A stretch of 64,000 nt of DNA from Eledone cirrhosa. Lineage: Eukaryota. The position numbers were made by a program, and so were the translations under genes. Shown here piece after piece: positions 48,550-60,969 of the stretch. The stretch spans positions 306,962,001-307,026,000 of the forward strand of contig OZ024740.1 in the NCBI GenBank assembly GCA_964016885.1, given 5' to 3'. How positions within the stretch are numbered: position 1 is the first letter of the stretch; every line of letters starts with the position of its first letter. Below the pieces are notes generated by a model. The model worked only from the letters and a program-made list of their open reading frames with translations. It was not told the origin of the DNA and did not search any database.

Positions 48550-48700
48550 TGCCAAAAATAGCCAATAAATCTTCCTCAAATTACACCATACTGTCTTTAA
48601 ATAGAAGGATACATTAATAATATAATCCTACATAACACTATATTTGAATAAAAGACTGGATGGTCATAGCTGGAATGGTCATAAGCACTGCCCTTCTTCT
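48550..48700 (+). repeat. old interspersed repeat family (AAATAGCAGCCAAAT...CCTCAAAT...CTGTCTT...GGTCATAGCTGG)
   Basis: Degenerate relatives at ~50030-50390 (-), 51275-51420, 53780-53880, 63500-63800 and 63870-63930. Confidence 0.55.
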
Positions 48701-50809
48701 TGACCATAGCATCCACAGCCAAATGAGTAAATTGTTAGTGTTACTGCATTATGTCTTCTTCTTTTTCTTCTTCTTCTTCTTCTTCTTCTTCAGAGTGAAA
48801 GAAATAACTTGGTTGTAATAATCTCATAGTGTAAGACTTATTTAAAAACACACAAAAAACTGTAGTCTATGGTGTCAAAAAAATGTATTACATTTGTAGA
48901 ATAGACTCACCTGACCTTTGGATGTAATAAAGAAATGAATTTACCTTGTCTATTGCACACTCTTTCTGTGAATGATTTCTTTGTTGGATATAAACGACCG
49001 GTCAATTTACATATCAAAGTTTTATGTCCACCCTACTTTTTCATCTTAGAATATTCTAGAACTTTTCGGTCATATGAAAGCATTTTATAAAATATTATGG
49101 AAATTTCAAGTCAGATTTGTATGCTATGTTGATTGGTCTTGCTAACAACTCTTACTGTGATTTCTTTTTAAGACACAAAGTATGTATGTTATTTGAAAAT
49201 AAGTGTATTATATACTCATAAGGTAGTTATCATTTAATGTATCACAAATACTTTCACAAAACAAATGCACACACCACACTACATTATCTTTTATGCAGCC
49301 TTTTGGCTGTATTACATTACAAACAAGCAAGCGATCACAGATTTTTAGTATTATATAAATAGATGTTACCTTTTCTATGTAGTACTGTTATGTTAAGCTT
49401 ATGTATTGAAATAAAAAGAAGTTATAAGTTATGTAGATTTCCTGTTTGTTATTTAATAGACTGCCTTTTTTATTAGCCTTCTGATTTCCTCACATTTAAG
49501 ATTTTCTCTTGTCCATATTCACTACACACATCTATAGCCTGGTCAATAACACATATCCACTGGATATGTGAAACAACATCAGCAGAAATAGGACATTGAC
49601 CAAGTCACGGAAGTGCAATGAAACATTTTGAGATAATAGATTCTATTATTAAGGACTAAATGAAAAATGAATATAACATTTTTAGTGCATTCTTAAATGG
49701 TTAAACCAACTCTGCCAGGATATAATTGCTTCAGTTTCATCAACACAGTTTCAGATCAAGGAAGTTCAATATCCAATCTATGGTACTGTTTCTTTATTGT
49801 AAACTATTTAATGGTTTCCGCAAGACGTTTTTTTTAAAGAATGATCGTTGATATTAATGATATATTACCAAACCAATGTTCATAGTATAAAAAAACATGA
49901 TAAATTTATTTATTTCAGCATTTAAGTTTCTAGTGAATTCCATGTTTTACAATTTACTCTTCTTTTCCTTCATAGCCTCATCTCTTCTTTTCTCCCTGTT
50001 GGCATCTGTTGCTATTGTTTAGAGCCATTCAAACTTTATCCAGCACACCCATAATTAAAGCTGTTCCAGCCATAGATATCTCTTCTTTTTTCAAACCTAG
50101 TACATCTAAGACTATAATAGTTAATATGTCCTATGGTAATTCAAGGGAGATTTGGATCATAATCAGGCTCCTTCTTTGATGTGAAGTTTGTACTGATGGT
50201 TGTGGTGGTGTTATATGGTTGTTGTTGTGTAACTTCAGGTGAACCTTCATCCAGTGAACCTTCCAACAAAGGGATTCCAGCCATGACCTTCTTGTTATTT
50301 TATTTTCAGCTATAGATTATAAAAGCATAATATGGAGGAAATATGATATTTATTTTTAGCAGGTTGAGTGACCATGTATAAGCATCCTCATTGCTTTGTC
50401 ATGAAATACTTTATAGCTTCGGTAATCTAAAGCATGGTATAGTTACAAACAGCAGCATCTTTTTCATCCACTTTTCCATGCTGGCATGGGTTAGTCAGGA
50501 CATTTTGAAACAATGATTTACAATTGGATGCTCTTCCTGACATCATCCATTTAGTCTGCAGTGATACAGTGTATCTATTTTAAAACCTTAGATAACAAAG
50601 TAGCTTGTCACTGAAAATTATTAGTAATTATGTGTGGCTTTGTTAATTCCACTGGATGCATTTTGTTAGCCCTTTTGATACCAAACCACACATAGTTCTG
50701 TAATACAAGTCTGTATGGTAATGAAAGGATTATTGATTATTTGGGTGGAAATTTTAAACTTAAACTCGTCATCCTCATCCTCCTCACCATCATTATCATT
50801 TTTATGACA

Positions 50810-51000
50810 CCAAGGGTGGTGGATTGGCAATATCGGTAGAGGGTCGGACACCATGCTTTGATGCATATAGTTACAGCCCTTGCCATTCTGGGTTCAAATC
50901 CCGCCGAGGTTGACTTTGCCTTTCATCCTTACGGGGTCGATAAAATGAAGTACCGGTAATGTACTGGGTAATTACTGGCCTTGTGCCAAAAGTAGAAACA
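50810..51000 (+). mobile_element. SINE-B with 18-bp TSD
   Basis: ATTATCAYTTTTATGACA at 50792-50809 and 51001-51018. Confidence 0.9.
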
Positions 51001-51715
51001 ATTATCACTTTTATGACAGTTTTTCCATGTTTGCATGGGTTGGATGGGTCCTTTGCAGCACAACACCTCTCCACTCATCGTATTTGTTCACCATTTCCTG
51101 GAAATGTCAGAAATTAATACTACACATTCAACTGGGCAGTTAATACAACCTCAATCACTATTTCAACAGAACCTATTTAACACTGAGAAATCTATCGAAA
51201 CTGTACTCCTTAACCTGCATGACATCATTCACACATAACTATACTATAGAAACAATGAGAAGGTCTCTATGTAAGCGACTGACCAGCTAGAAATAGCAGC
51301 AAAATTTCCTTGAAATCACAGCTTACTGTCTTAAACAAAGAAGTACACACCATATAATACAATCCTATCTATACATGAAGACAAGAAAGTTATAGCTGGG
51401 ATGCCTTCCATCATAAGTTTACTTGAGAAGGTTTAGTGCAAAACAGCAACAACATCACTGTGTAACTATAGAATGCTAGTGACATTACAACATTCTACTT
51501 CTTTGTTCTGCATTCTAAAATCAAGAATCAGTTGATTTTAATATTGTGTTTACTCTAAGAATGTACATATCCTAAACAAATGAAAGTGATATAATCCACT
51601 TGCATATACTAAACACCTATTTAACACTGTTCAGCATATTCTATAACTATTATTTTGTTGTCTGTACTACACAGCTCTATATTATGTTGTATGTACTACA
51701 CTACTACATACTGTG

Positions 51716-51880
51716 AGGACACAGTATGGCAGAATGGTTGAGAATTTTGCTTCACAATCATTATGTTGTGGGTTCAATCCCACTTCGTGGCATATTGGGC
51801 AAATGTCATTTACCATAGTATCAGGTCTACCAATGTCTTCAAAGAGAAATTGGATTGACAGAAACTGTTTGAAAGGCTGT
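51716..51880 (+). mobile_element. old tRNA-derived CORE-like SINE (relative at 53930-54060)
   Basis: TGGCAGAATGG, GGTTCAATCCC, TTGGGCAAATGTC. Confidence 0.6.
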
Positions 51881-52248
51881 CAGATGGAGTAAGAATTCCA
51901 TTAAAGGTACATGGGTCTGTGGAATGCTAAGTCACTTACACATTAATTTAAACAGCAGGCTGTTCTATTGTTTGAACAATTATAACACTCATTCCATTCC
52001 ATCTACTATAGTATATGTACCACACAGCTACACACTTCAGTATATCTACTATGCTACTACATACTACACTATATCTACCACAGTGCATTATATTAGTGTA
52101 TCTACCATGTTACTACATACTGTAGTATATGTATTACACTGTCATATACTATGATATATCTACCACTCTACTATATACCATAATACAATATATGCAGTGC
52201 TCTACTACTGTAGTACCACACTACAATGTATTACAGAATTTATATATA

Positions 52249-52592
52249 TATAAACATACCATATTTCTTTAGAAATACGAAATTCCAATACATATCTAAT
52301 TCTATTCTATTATAACTTATGCAGCTTCATTTGCAAATGAGATTAATCACCTCGTTTACACAGACGAGAAAACCATATATTCTCACCTGTTTTCAAGTCC
52401 AGCAGTCACAAGAGTGGAAGGGATTGTTCTGATGAGAACCAGTTAAGTTCGAAAAGCATCGACTATTGTCACCTTTGCTTCTTCTGGACACCACCAGAGG
52501 GCGATAGATGTTTTGCATAGCTATGGGTTTTTAAATGTTTACCTATAAACATACCGTATTTCTTTAGAAATATGAAATTCCAATAGATATCT
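52249..52592 (+). mobile_element. 295-bp HHR-containing unit with 49-bp terminal direct repeat (retrozyme-like or solo pLTR)
   Basis: 52249-52297 matches 52544-52592 with 3 mismatches; HHR in the middle; (TA)n flanks. Confidence 0.65.
52422..52467 (+). ncRNA. type I hammerhead motif, slightly decayed
   Basis: GATTGTT-CTGATGA-GAAC/GTTC-GAAA-AGCA-TC-GACTATT; outer pairing GTCCAG/CTGGAC. Confidence 0.7.
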
Positions 52593-52631
52593 CTATACAG
52601 CTATGCCTGAAGCTAAATCATAATTCTATTA

Positions 52632-52723
<92 letters not shown>

Positions 52724-52726
<3 letters not shown>

Positions 52727-53127
52727 TCATCATCATATCATCATCATCATCATCGTTTTACGTCCGCTTTTCCCTGCTTGCAAAGGTGGGATGGGAACTG
52801 ATTCTGGCTTGATTTCTACAGCTGGATGCCCTTCCTAAAACCAACTTCATTTACAGTGAGTGCTGGGTGCTTTTTTTCCGTGGCGCCTCCACGCCCACTT
52901 TACAGTGGGTGCTGGGTGCTTTTTTGCGTGACTCCTCCACGACCACTTTGCAGTGGCATGATAGGAACCCCAGTCCTATCATCTCATTTCTACAGCTGAG
53001 TAAACTGGAGCAATGTGAAATAAAGTGTCTTGCTCAAGGAAACAACACATCACCCGGTCTGAGAATTGAATTCACAACCTTTCGATTGCAAGCCCAATGC
53101 TCTAACCACTAAGCCATATGCCTCCAT
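52724..53127 (-). mobile_element. SINE-A, two-unit tail variant
   Basis: Matches other SINE-A copies. Confidence 0.9.
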
Positions 53128-53144
53128 CATATATATATATATAG

Positions 53145-53305
53145 GTTTCACCTAACAGATTTTCAACTAAGTTGAAAATCTGTTAGGTGAAACGCATGTC
53201 CTCAAAGATGGTTTGCTAATATGTTGTGGAACTAACTTCATACTGAACTCGTCCTATGGACTGGGTACTCTACTTACTACAGATGTAACCTCCCAGTGTT
53301 CTACC

Positions 53306-53309
<4 letters not shown>
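53145..53309. mobile_element. mini fold-back insertion (24-bp arms plus ~115-bp tail) in (TA)n
   Basis: 53145-53168 and 53170-53193 form a perfect inverted repeat; continues GAAA-CGCATG-TC like an HHR 3' half. Confidence 0.5.
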
Positions 53310-53338
<29 letters not shown>

Positions 53339-54389
53339 TCATTTATGTTTTGCAGTTCACCACTGAATAGAACTGGTGTCATTCTGTTTTGTTAACCATG
53401 ATGTAATAGGAGAGAAAGCACTCTACATTATGCAACTCATCCATTGTTGATGTTGAATCCCGTGGCTGTTGCAGGAACAGAGTTAAATATTAATTTGATT
53501 AAAACATATATATATATTACTATATGGAATGGACTTCTGTTGACCTGAGGCAAGGGTAAATGAAACATGCTCAAGATGCCATGCAGTGGGATCAAATCCA
53601 GGACTTAATGATTGCAAATTGAACTTCTTAACCATTTGATTATACTGCCTCACATATTACAATATGTGTATTGAACTACTATGTACTATTGTAAATTTAT
53701 CATACTTTGACATACTACAATATATGTACCACACTTCTACATACTACGATGTGTTTACAAGCTAACAAATTAGCTGCTTTCCTTGTTGGAAATAGCAACC
53801 AAATCACCCTCAAATCCACCATCTTAAAAAAAGATGATCAAGGCTTGATAAGATTTGATTTAAGGCAAAATAACAAAACCCAACAATGTATATGCCACAA
53901 GGTATGTAGTTCATAATGTTTATCAAGCACAGGCAGTGTTGTGTGGATTAGAAGTTTGTTTCACAAACACATGGGCTCTGGGTTCAATCCCACTGCTTGG
54001 TACATTGCCAAATTCTGTCTGCTATAATCTTAGGTTGACCAATTCTTGGTGAATCAAATTCAAGAGATAGATACTGAGCACAAGCCCAACATGTGTGTGT
54101 GTGTGTGTGTGTGTGCGTGTGCGTGTGTGTGCGTGCAGGTGCATGTGTGTGTTTATCTTTACTCTACATAAAACTGCTATTGTAATTATGTTATGTGCCC
54201 TTACCTCTGGTAACTTAGTTGTTAGATACATAAGGATCAATACAAGAAATGCTAGAGTCAATATCCTCAACTGAACTCTTCAAGGCAATATCTCAGCATG
54301 ACTGCAGGCTTATAAGCAATAACCAAAATTATTCCCTGGGGTTTTGTAAGTGGCAGAGTGACTGTATAGAGGATGAAAGTTTGCACAAA

Positions 54390-54700
54390 CTTGGTATTTG
54401 CTGATAGAATACATTCTGACCCACATGTTATCAACTCTGGTGTGTCCTAAGATTCGGTTTTGCCCCCAACACTCTTCTATGCACCAAAACCCTAGTTGGT
54501 ATCACCTCCAACAATGCCTACTTCAACTCAGATTATAAATCTTTCCTTCCTTCCTCCTTAACTATTTATATTTAATCACCAACTTCATACAACCAAGACA
54601 CTTCACACCAAATCTGCACTCAAAAACATTCTCCAATGTGCATCATATCAATTTTGTCTTTTTCATCAGTACAAAAATACACTTATCAAAATTGCACTTA
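54390..54700 (+). pseudogene. CR1/Jockey-type RT fossil
   Basis: SDPHVINSGVS*DSVLPPTLF resembles GVPQGSVL.P.LF; another fragment (KSIETVLLNLHDII) at ~51130-51240. Confidence 0.5.
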
Positions 54701-54884
54701 TCAAAAATATAACATTATAATATAACTTATATTTAAGTAACAGCCGTACTAAGAGTGAGAAATGAAATTTCGTTTCATTTTTTCTGTTTATCGTTTTCGG
54801 TGCACCCGGCCGATTAACTCACTCGATATGCAAATTAGGCTGCTCAGCCGTTAATATGCATAAGGAAAGTATATACTTTCAGAC

Positions 54885-54971
54885 GTTCAACCATCTGGCA
54901 GGAAGGTATACGTTGCTGATGATAGCTAATAAGCTTGAAACTAGTACATCGTTCCTTTGTCAGTGTTGAAC
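54885..54971 (+). ncRNA. type I hammerhead ribozyme with extended bulged stem I
   Basis: CGTTG-CTGATGA-T-AGCT/AGCT-T-GAAA-CTAG(palindrome)-TA-CATCG; further pairings GGAA/TTCC, CTGGCA/TGTCAG, GTTCAAC/GTTGAAC. Confidence 0.8.
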
Positions 54972-55163
54972 AAAAGAGCAACGATGGTTGCTAAACACTG
55001 TAGGGCTTAATTCGGGATGTTTGTTTACAAACACACCGAGCATTATAATAAATGTTCGGTAAATCCATACGTACATATATATATATGTGTGCATGTATGT
55101 ATATATATATACATACTACTGTACATCTGTATACATATATGTATGTACGTATACATACTTATA

Positions 55164-55350
55164 TTATAATAGGGTCCTGTCAGAAGCAACTATCTTCAAC
55201 TGCTGCGGCTGGATCTCCAAGCATGACCAGCTGAGCTCATGGATATTATCTAACCATCTTGCTCGGAGTCTACCCCTGGGTTTCCTGCCAGTTGGTTTTG
55301 CCCATAAAATCTGTCCAGCGATTCTTTTCTGATGTATTCTTATCACATAG
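55164..55350 (-). mobile_element. RTE (Expander/Rex3-like) C-terminal fragment
   Basis: QILWAKPTGRKPRGRLRARWLDNIHELSWSCLEI...VASDR. Confidence 0.7.
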
Positions 55351-55599
55351 TATTGGAGCTGTAATATTATGACAGTGATAAATATATTCTCTATGGTAGT
55401 GATAGGTGTGTTTCTCTACAATAGTGTTAGGTCTATTCTCTTTGACAGTGATAAGTGCAATCTCTCAAACAGTGGCAGGCCTATTTCCTAAGAGATTCAT
55501 TCAAGTAATGTACTAGTCCTATTTTCTAAAATACTGATAGATCAATCTATTTTAAAAACCCAAGAAATTTCCTAACACTTTCAAGAAAATGCTGTAAAA

Positions 55600-56490
55600 G
55601 GAAAGCACAAGTGAAAAAGACTAGTTGAAATGCAATGAAGAATGGTTAAAGAAGAAAGAGCAGCTGGGGAACTAGAGTTTCAAAAGATTTTAGATGCTGG
55701 TAGAACTCCTATGATCAGCAAATAATATCGGTATCTGACAGATAACATGTTAGATTACAGAGATAAATGAATAATTGAAGTCACAGCAAAGAAAAGAAAT
55801 ATGAGAAATAGAGAAGCAAAGAAATATAATTGTATAATGGTGATGGAAATATTATGTGGTTGTTCTTGCTGATTTAAAAAATAGTAGACATTCAGAGAAT
55901 ATTTTGGTGACAAGAAAACAATATACAAAAATTTACGAGTTTAAAATAGCTGATAGCTGAGACAAGGTGAAAAAATATATGTAGCTGGCAAAATAACACA
56001 CACATACAGATGCACACACATGCACACATGCATACCCAAGCACTTATATACATGTGTGTGTGTTGACCTAGGAAGACTTGGGATGAGCTGATAAAAGCTG
56101 ACCTTGCACAATTGCACCTGTTGATGGCGATGACACAAGATAGAGATCTCTAGCATTATTCAGTAAAACAAAAGATCCGCCCTTTCATGTGGTTGGGTTG
56201 AAGCATACATCTAGTATGCACCACTCCCCTCTCCATACACATCCCATGTCATAATACTCCACCAATCATCCAGGTTCCTACAACCCCACCCTTCACCAGA
56301 TAGTGCCCCACCCTACATCTACATCTTCAATTCCCACATACCTTCCCAGCCCTCTGTCTATACTGATAAATATCGTTTTGGTGTCACACAAAAAGCGCCC
56401 AGCCCACACTGTAAAGTGGTTGTGTAGGTGTCAAAACAAAAAGCACCTAGTACATAGTGTAAAGTGGTCATGTAAGTGCCATGGCAAAGA
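55600..56490 (+). mobile_element. highly decayed RTE remnants
   Basis: [18 protein letters not shown] at ~56066-56120 and a family-2-like UTR at ~56390-56490; upstream part weak. Confidence 0.6.
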
Positions 56491-56887
56491 ACATATAGCT
56501 AAATGCAGCTTACAATATTTGAGGTGGTGAGCTGAAAATAGTTTTCCTTAATTGAAATTACAACCCTAATGAGAAAAAAATCACTGAGTTAATGAACATT
56601 TCTTCACATTAGATGAGAGAGAGAGAGAGTGAACTTCAAAAGTTTCAATCAACCAAAACTTTCATGGAGAATTGCAGGAAAGGGAAATAAGCCTGATCTT
56701 TGGTAGCCATCTTTAGACATGTGAACAGCGTTTAGTCTTACTAGACCTTCTGTTCAGAAATTTTGCAATACTATTATTTTAATTTGTCCAATCAGTGAAT
56801 GCTCTTCACACAAGATACTTCTGTTAGTTGTTTTAAGTTCTTGGCAGTTATGCGTAGATTATGTTTTGCTGAGAAGCTGCAGTAAGA

Positions 56888-56990
56888 TAATTGTTTCTAC
56901 TTTAGGCACAAGGCCAGCAAATACCCAGTGCATTACTGGTACTTTATTTTATCGACCCCGTAAGGATGAAAGGCAAAGTCAACCTCGGCG
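56888..56990 (-). mobile_element. 5'-truncated SINE-B
   Basis: Matches the SINE-B 3' half. Confidence 0.85.
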
Positions 56991-57270
56991 AAGCTGTTGT
57001 ACATGTAAGTATTTCTACTTACAAATTGACTTTACAGGTAAAGTAAAGAGAACTCTACGTTTCAGGTAGAGTAAACATATATAAATTTGTTCAGGTGGTG
57101 TTATATCCATGCTACAAGCTATCTCCACCTGAGGATTGCCTTTGGGCATGAAACTGAGTAATGTGTAAAACAGCTTGAAGCATATACACATACATATGTA
57201 TATATAAAGTGCAAGCTGCTGTACATATGGAGGTGAGACAAAAATACTTTTCATTAATTGAATTTACAAG

Positions 57271-57453
57271 GCCGTGGATTGGCAGTATCGGTAGAGGGTC
57301 TGACGCCATGCTTTCCAGCATAGTTACGTCCCTTAACGAACTGAGTTCAAATCCCGCCGAGATTGACTTTGCCTTTCATCCTTACGGGGTTGATAAAATA
57401 AAGTACCAGTAATGCTCTGGGTAATTGCTGGCCTTGTGCCAAAAGTAGAAACA
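57271..57453 (+). mobile_element. SINE-B with 18-bp TSD
   Basis: ATTAATTGAATTTACAAG at 57253-57270 and 57454-57471. Confidence 0.9.
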
Positions 57454-57614
57454 ATTAATTGAATTTACAAGACTAATGAGAAAAGTATCATTAGAGTTAA
57501 TGAGAATTTGTTCACTCCAAAATTTCAATCAACCAGGAATTAATATTAATGGATATCTGCTAGGTTGTTGGGTTTGAGTTTGACCTTTAGCATCCCTGGA
57601 GACAACTCTAGACA

Positions 57615-57920
57615 TGTTTCATTCTAATTGGACATCCACAGCAACAATAGTGAAGAAAAGAAAGCTGAGATGGTATGACCATGTAACATGATCCAGTAAC
57701 CTTGCAAAGACCATCCTACAAAGAACCACGGAAGAAGAGAGAAAGAGAGGCAGGTAAAAAAGAGGTGTGGGAGTGAACTGACAACATTAAAGAATGAGTG
57801 GATAGAAAATTCCTTAGCAGTGATTCGAGATCTGGCACCTGATTGCAACAGTTGGTGAAGCCTGGTTCATAATTGGACAACTACGATTCCATCAGGCCTT
57901 CAGGGCATACACTATGATAT
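57615..57920 (+). mobile_element. BovB-like RTE C-terminal fossil
   Basis: VKKRKLRWYDHVT*SSNLAKTILQ...RKRGR*KKR. Confidence 0.7.
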
Positions 57921-58137
57921 TATACAATACACACATGCATAACACTAACATAATTGAGGTAATTTCCCCTTAATATTTATGAGAATTGATTACAACAAAC
58001 TTATTTGTTTTATCATTTTCTTATGCTAATACTCCTTTTCATAACTCTCCCTTAAATTCTATTTTAGTTGTTATTTTAATATGTAAACATGACCTGGATA
58101 GCCTCTCCCATGTCTGCCAATAACCATATCACTGTGC

Positions 58138-58580
58138 GCGATGCTGCATGGTAGTGAAACATGGGTTGTGACTGCAAAGGACATGTGTAAACTGGAGAGA
58201 AATGAAGCAACCATGCTATGGTGGAGGTGTAATGTAAATGCGAGAGAAAGGCAGAGCTTGGATGAACTGAGGGAGAAATTGGGTTTAAGGGGAATCTGAG
58301 GTGGTGTGCAGGACAGAAGACTGTATTGATATGGACATGTGATGCGCATGGACAATGATTGATGGGTGAAGAAATGCCAGGAAATCCCGGTGGAAGGAAG
58401 CTGCAATTGAGGATGACCAAGAAAGACCTGGACAGAGGTTGTGAGAGCTGAACTTAAATTGCTAAGACTGGCTGAGGAGATGATGAATAAATGTAACAAG
58501 TGTAGAGAATCCATGCTGAGGACCTATGTAAGCATGGAAAAGTGGACGTAAAAAACGATAGTGATGATGATGATGAAGAT
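58138..58580 (+). mobile_element. old RTE 3' fragment with GAT tail
   Basis: AMLHGSETW...ERNEATML...GHVMRM...PRKTW, then the terminal hairpin. Confidence 0.8.
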
Positions 58581-58644
58581 AATATATATATATATATATA
58601 TGTATATATACTGTATATATACTGTATATATATATATATATCAT

Positions 58645-59044
58645 GTATGTTAGGTTGTTTACCAATGGGTTGAACTGGTTGTTCAGGTTGGTAAACAATG
58701 ATGCACTCAATGTTATGCAAATCATCCATCGTAGTTGTGGTATCCTGTGGTTGGTGCAGGAACTGAGTTAAATATTCATTAAAACAACAACAGAAGGTCG
58801 GACTGAAAATTTTACTTTAGAATTTTAATTCAACAAAATTTTTCTATTTCTTTCTCTATCTTCCATTTTCCATTCTATGTTTGGGATCAATGTAATCCTG
58901 TTACATACTCCTGCAGGTACCACCTGATAAAATTGCCTTGTCTTGCATCATAATTGGATGATAGAGCTGGACCATAGAAATATGTATAGTGATTTTGTGG
59001 AATTGAAATTCTAAAGTAAATTTTCCAGTCTGGCCTTCTGTTGT
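58645..59044. mobile_element. decayed fold-back element (~53-bp imperfect arms, tail on left, decayed HHR)
   Basis: Arms ~58787-58839 and ~58992-59044; CAC-CTGATAA...GAAA-TATGTA-TA-GTG at 58921-58991; tail homologous to ~53345-53505. Confidence 0.5.
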
Positions 59045-59270
59045 GTGTGTATATATATATATACCATCATCATCACCATTTAATGTCCATTTTCCAATGC
59101 TGGCGTGGGTAACACGAGTTATCCTGTTGTGAGCAATGCTAGGTCAGGTGACTATGTAATGCTCATACAGAACAGATTTTGGGTTGGTTTCTACAGCTGG
59201 ATGCCCTTCCTAACACCAACTTCATTTACACCAAGTACTGGGTGCTTTTTGTCATACACAACCACTTTAC

Positions 59271-59327
<57 letters not shown>

Positions 59328-59329
59328 AT

Positions 59330-60181
59330 AAATGAAGCTTGCATGCTCCGCTGGATGTGTAATAGTAATATACGTGAACGGCAAAGCATAAATGAAGAAA
59401 GGGAGAGAAATTAGGAATAAGAGGGATCAGATGTTGTTTACTCGAGAGAAGACTACGTTGGTACGGTCACGTGATGCGCATGAAAGACGACAGCTGTATA
59501 AAAAAGTGCAGGGCGATAAAAATAGACGGTAGCCACGGAGTGGGCAGACCCAGAAAAACCTGGGACGACTTGATAAATTCCGACCTCACACACTTACACC
59601 TCTCCAAGACAATGTCACTGGACCGAGATCTTTGGCGCTACACAGTTATACAGAAGACCCGCCTTGCCTAAGTACAAAGCAAAACCTACAGTCAGTAGGC
59701 ACCTCTAACAAAATACACCCCCGTCCCACTACCCCCACCTCATCCACACCACCCCCTTAAATGTGAAGTTATGTTGGTACCACAACATCCAGTCCGAAAC
59801 AAATGAGGTCGTGTAGGTGTCACAACAAAAAAACACACAGTCCACGCTGTAATGTGGCCGTGTAGGTAACACGGTAAAAACCTCCCAGTACACACTGTAA
59901 ACGTGGTTGGTGTTGGGAAGGGCACCCAGCCGTAGAAAACCCGCCAGACGTGTAGGTGTCATGACAATAAAACACACAGTCCACGCTGTAATGTGGCCCT
60001 GTAGGTAACACGGTAAAAACCTCCCAGTCCATACTGTAAACCTGGTTGGTGTTAGGAAGGGCATCCACCCGTAGAAAACCCGCCAGACAGTCCTGAGCAA
60101 GACAACCAATCTTGCCTCAAGTGGGAAAATTCCCGTCCAGACCCATGCTAGCGTGGAAAATGGACGTTAAACGATGATGAT
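59330..60181 (+). mobile_element. RTE family 1 variant 3' fragment with ~140-bp tandem duplication in the UTR
   Basis: C-terminal ORF 59471-59671; ~59810-59949 repeated at ~59949-60088. Confidence 0.9.
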
Positions 60182-60680
60182 ATATATATATATCTGTAAA
60201 GTGGTCATGTATATATATATATATCTGTATATACTGCATATACTCATGTAAATGTATATATATATATATATATATTTACTGTAAATACATACAGAATATA
60301 CGTATGTATATTTACAACAGCATATACGTATGTATATTTACTGTAAATACATACAGCATATACATGTGTAAAAGTCAACTCTAATTCTTTTTGAACAACA
60401 AATGAACATTTTTGAAAACAGATATTTTACTGAATATCAATGTTATGGTGTGGAAATTAATTTTGCTATTCTATTATGTTGTAATATATGCAAATGGAAA
60501 CTTTATTTATGAGAGCTATATAGCCTTATTCATGTATTTTTGTAATATGGATTGTGTTTTGATGTGAGAGTTAGATTGTAGTGTGAATTTCAGCCTCTTG
60601 AAAATACTATCCATGTAAGAGTTAACCCCATGAACTTAAACTCAAAGAATAGTGTAAATAATTCATCTTTTGCATATAAT

Positions 60681-60868
60681 TGTTTCTACTTTTGGCACAA
60701 GGCCAGCAATTACCCAGTACATTACTGGTACTTTATTTTATCGATCCTGTAAGGATGAAAGGCAAAGTTAACCTCGGTGGGATTTGAACTCAAACCATAA
60801 ATGGCCGTAACTCTTTGCTGGAAAGCATGGTGTCCGACCCTCTACCGATACTGCCAATCCACTGCCCT
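60681..60868 (-). mobile_element. SINE-B with 16-bp TSD
   Basis: ATCTTTTGCATATAAT at 60665-60680 and 60869-60884. Confidence 0.9.
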
Positions 60869-60969
60869 ATCTTTTGCATATAATGGTATATAATCATATG
60901 GATGTAAAATGGTAATGATGATGATGATGATAATGGTGGTGATTGCTATTATTATTATTATTATTATTA

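Noticed and set aside
48900-49050. Possible - strand host exon ending at GTAAAT or GTGAGT donors
   Set aside because: Purine-rich acceptor, no recognisable protein similarity, no partner exons found.
49550-49570. Short palindrome CACATATCCA-C-TGGATATGTG
   Set aside because: Only 10-bp arms and no context; plausible by chance.
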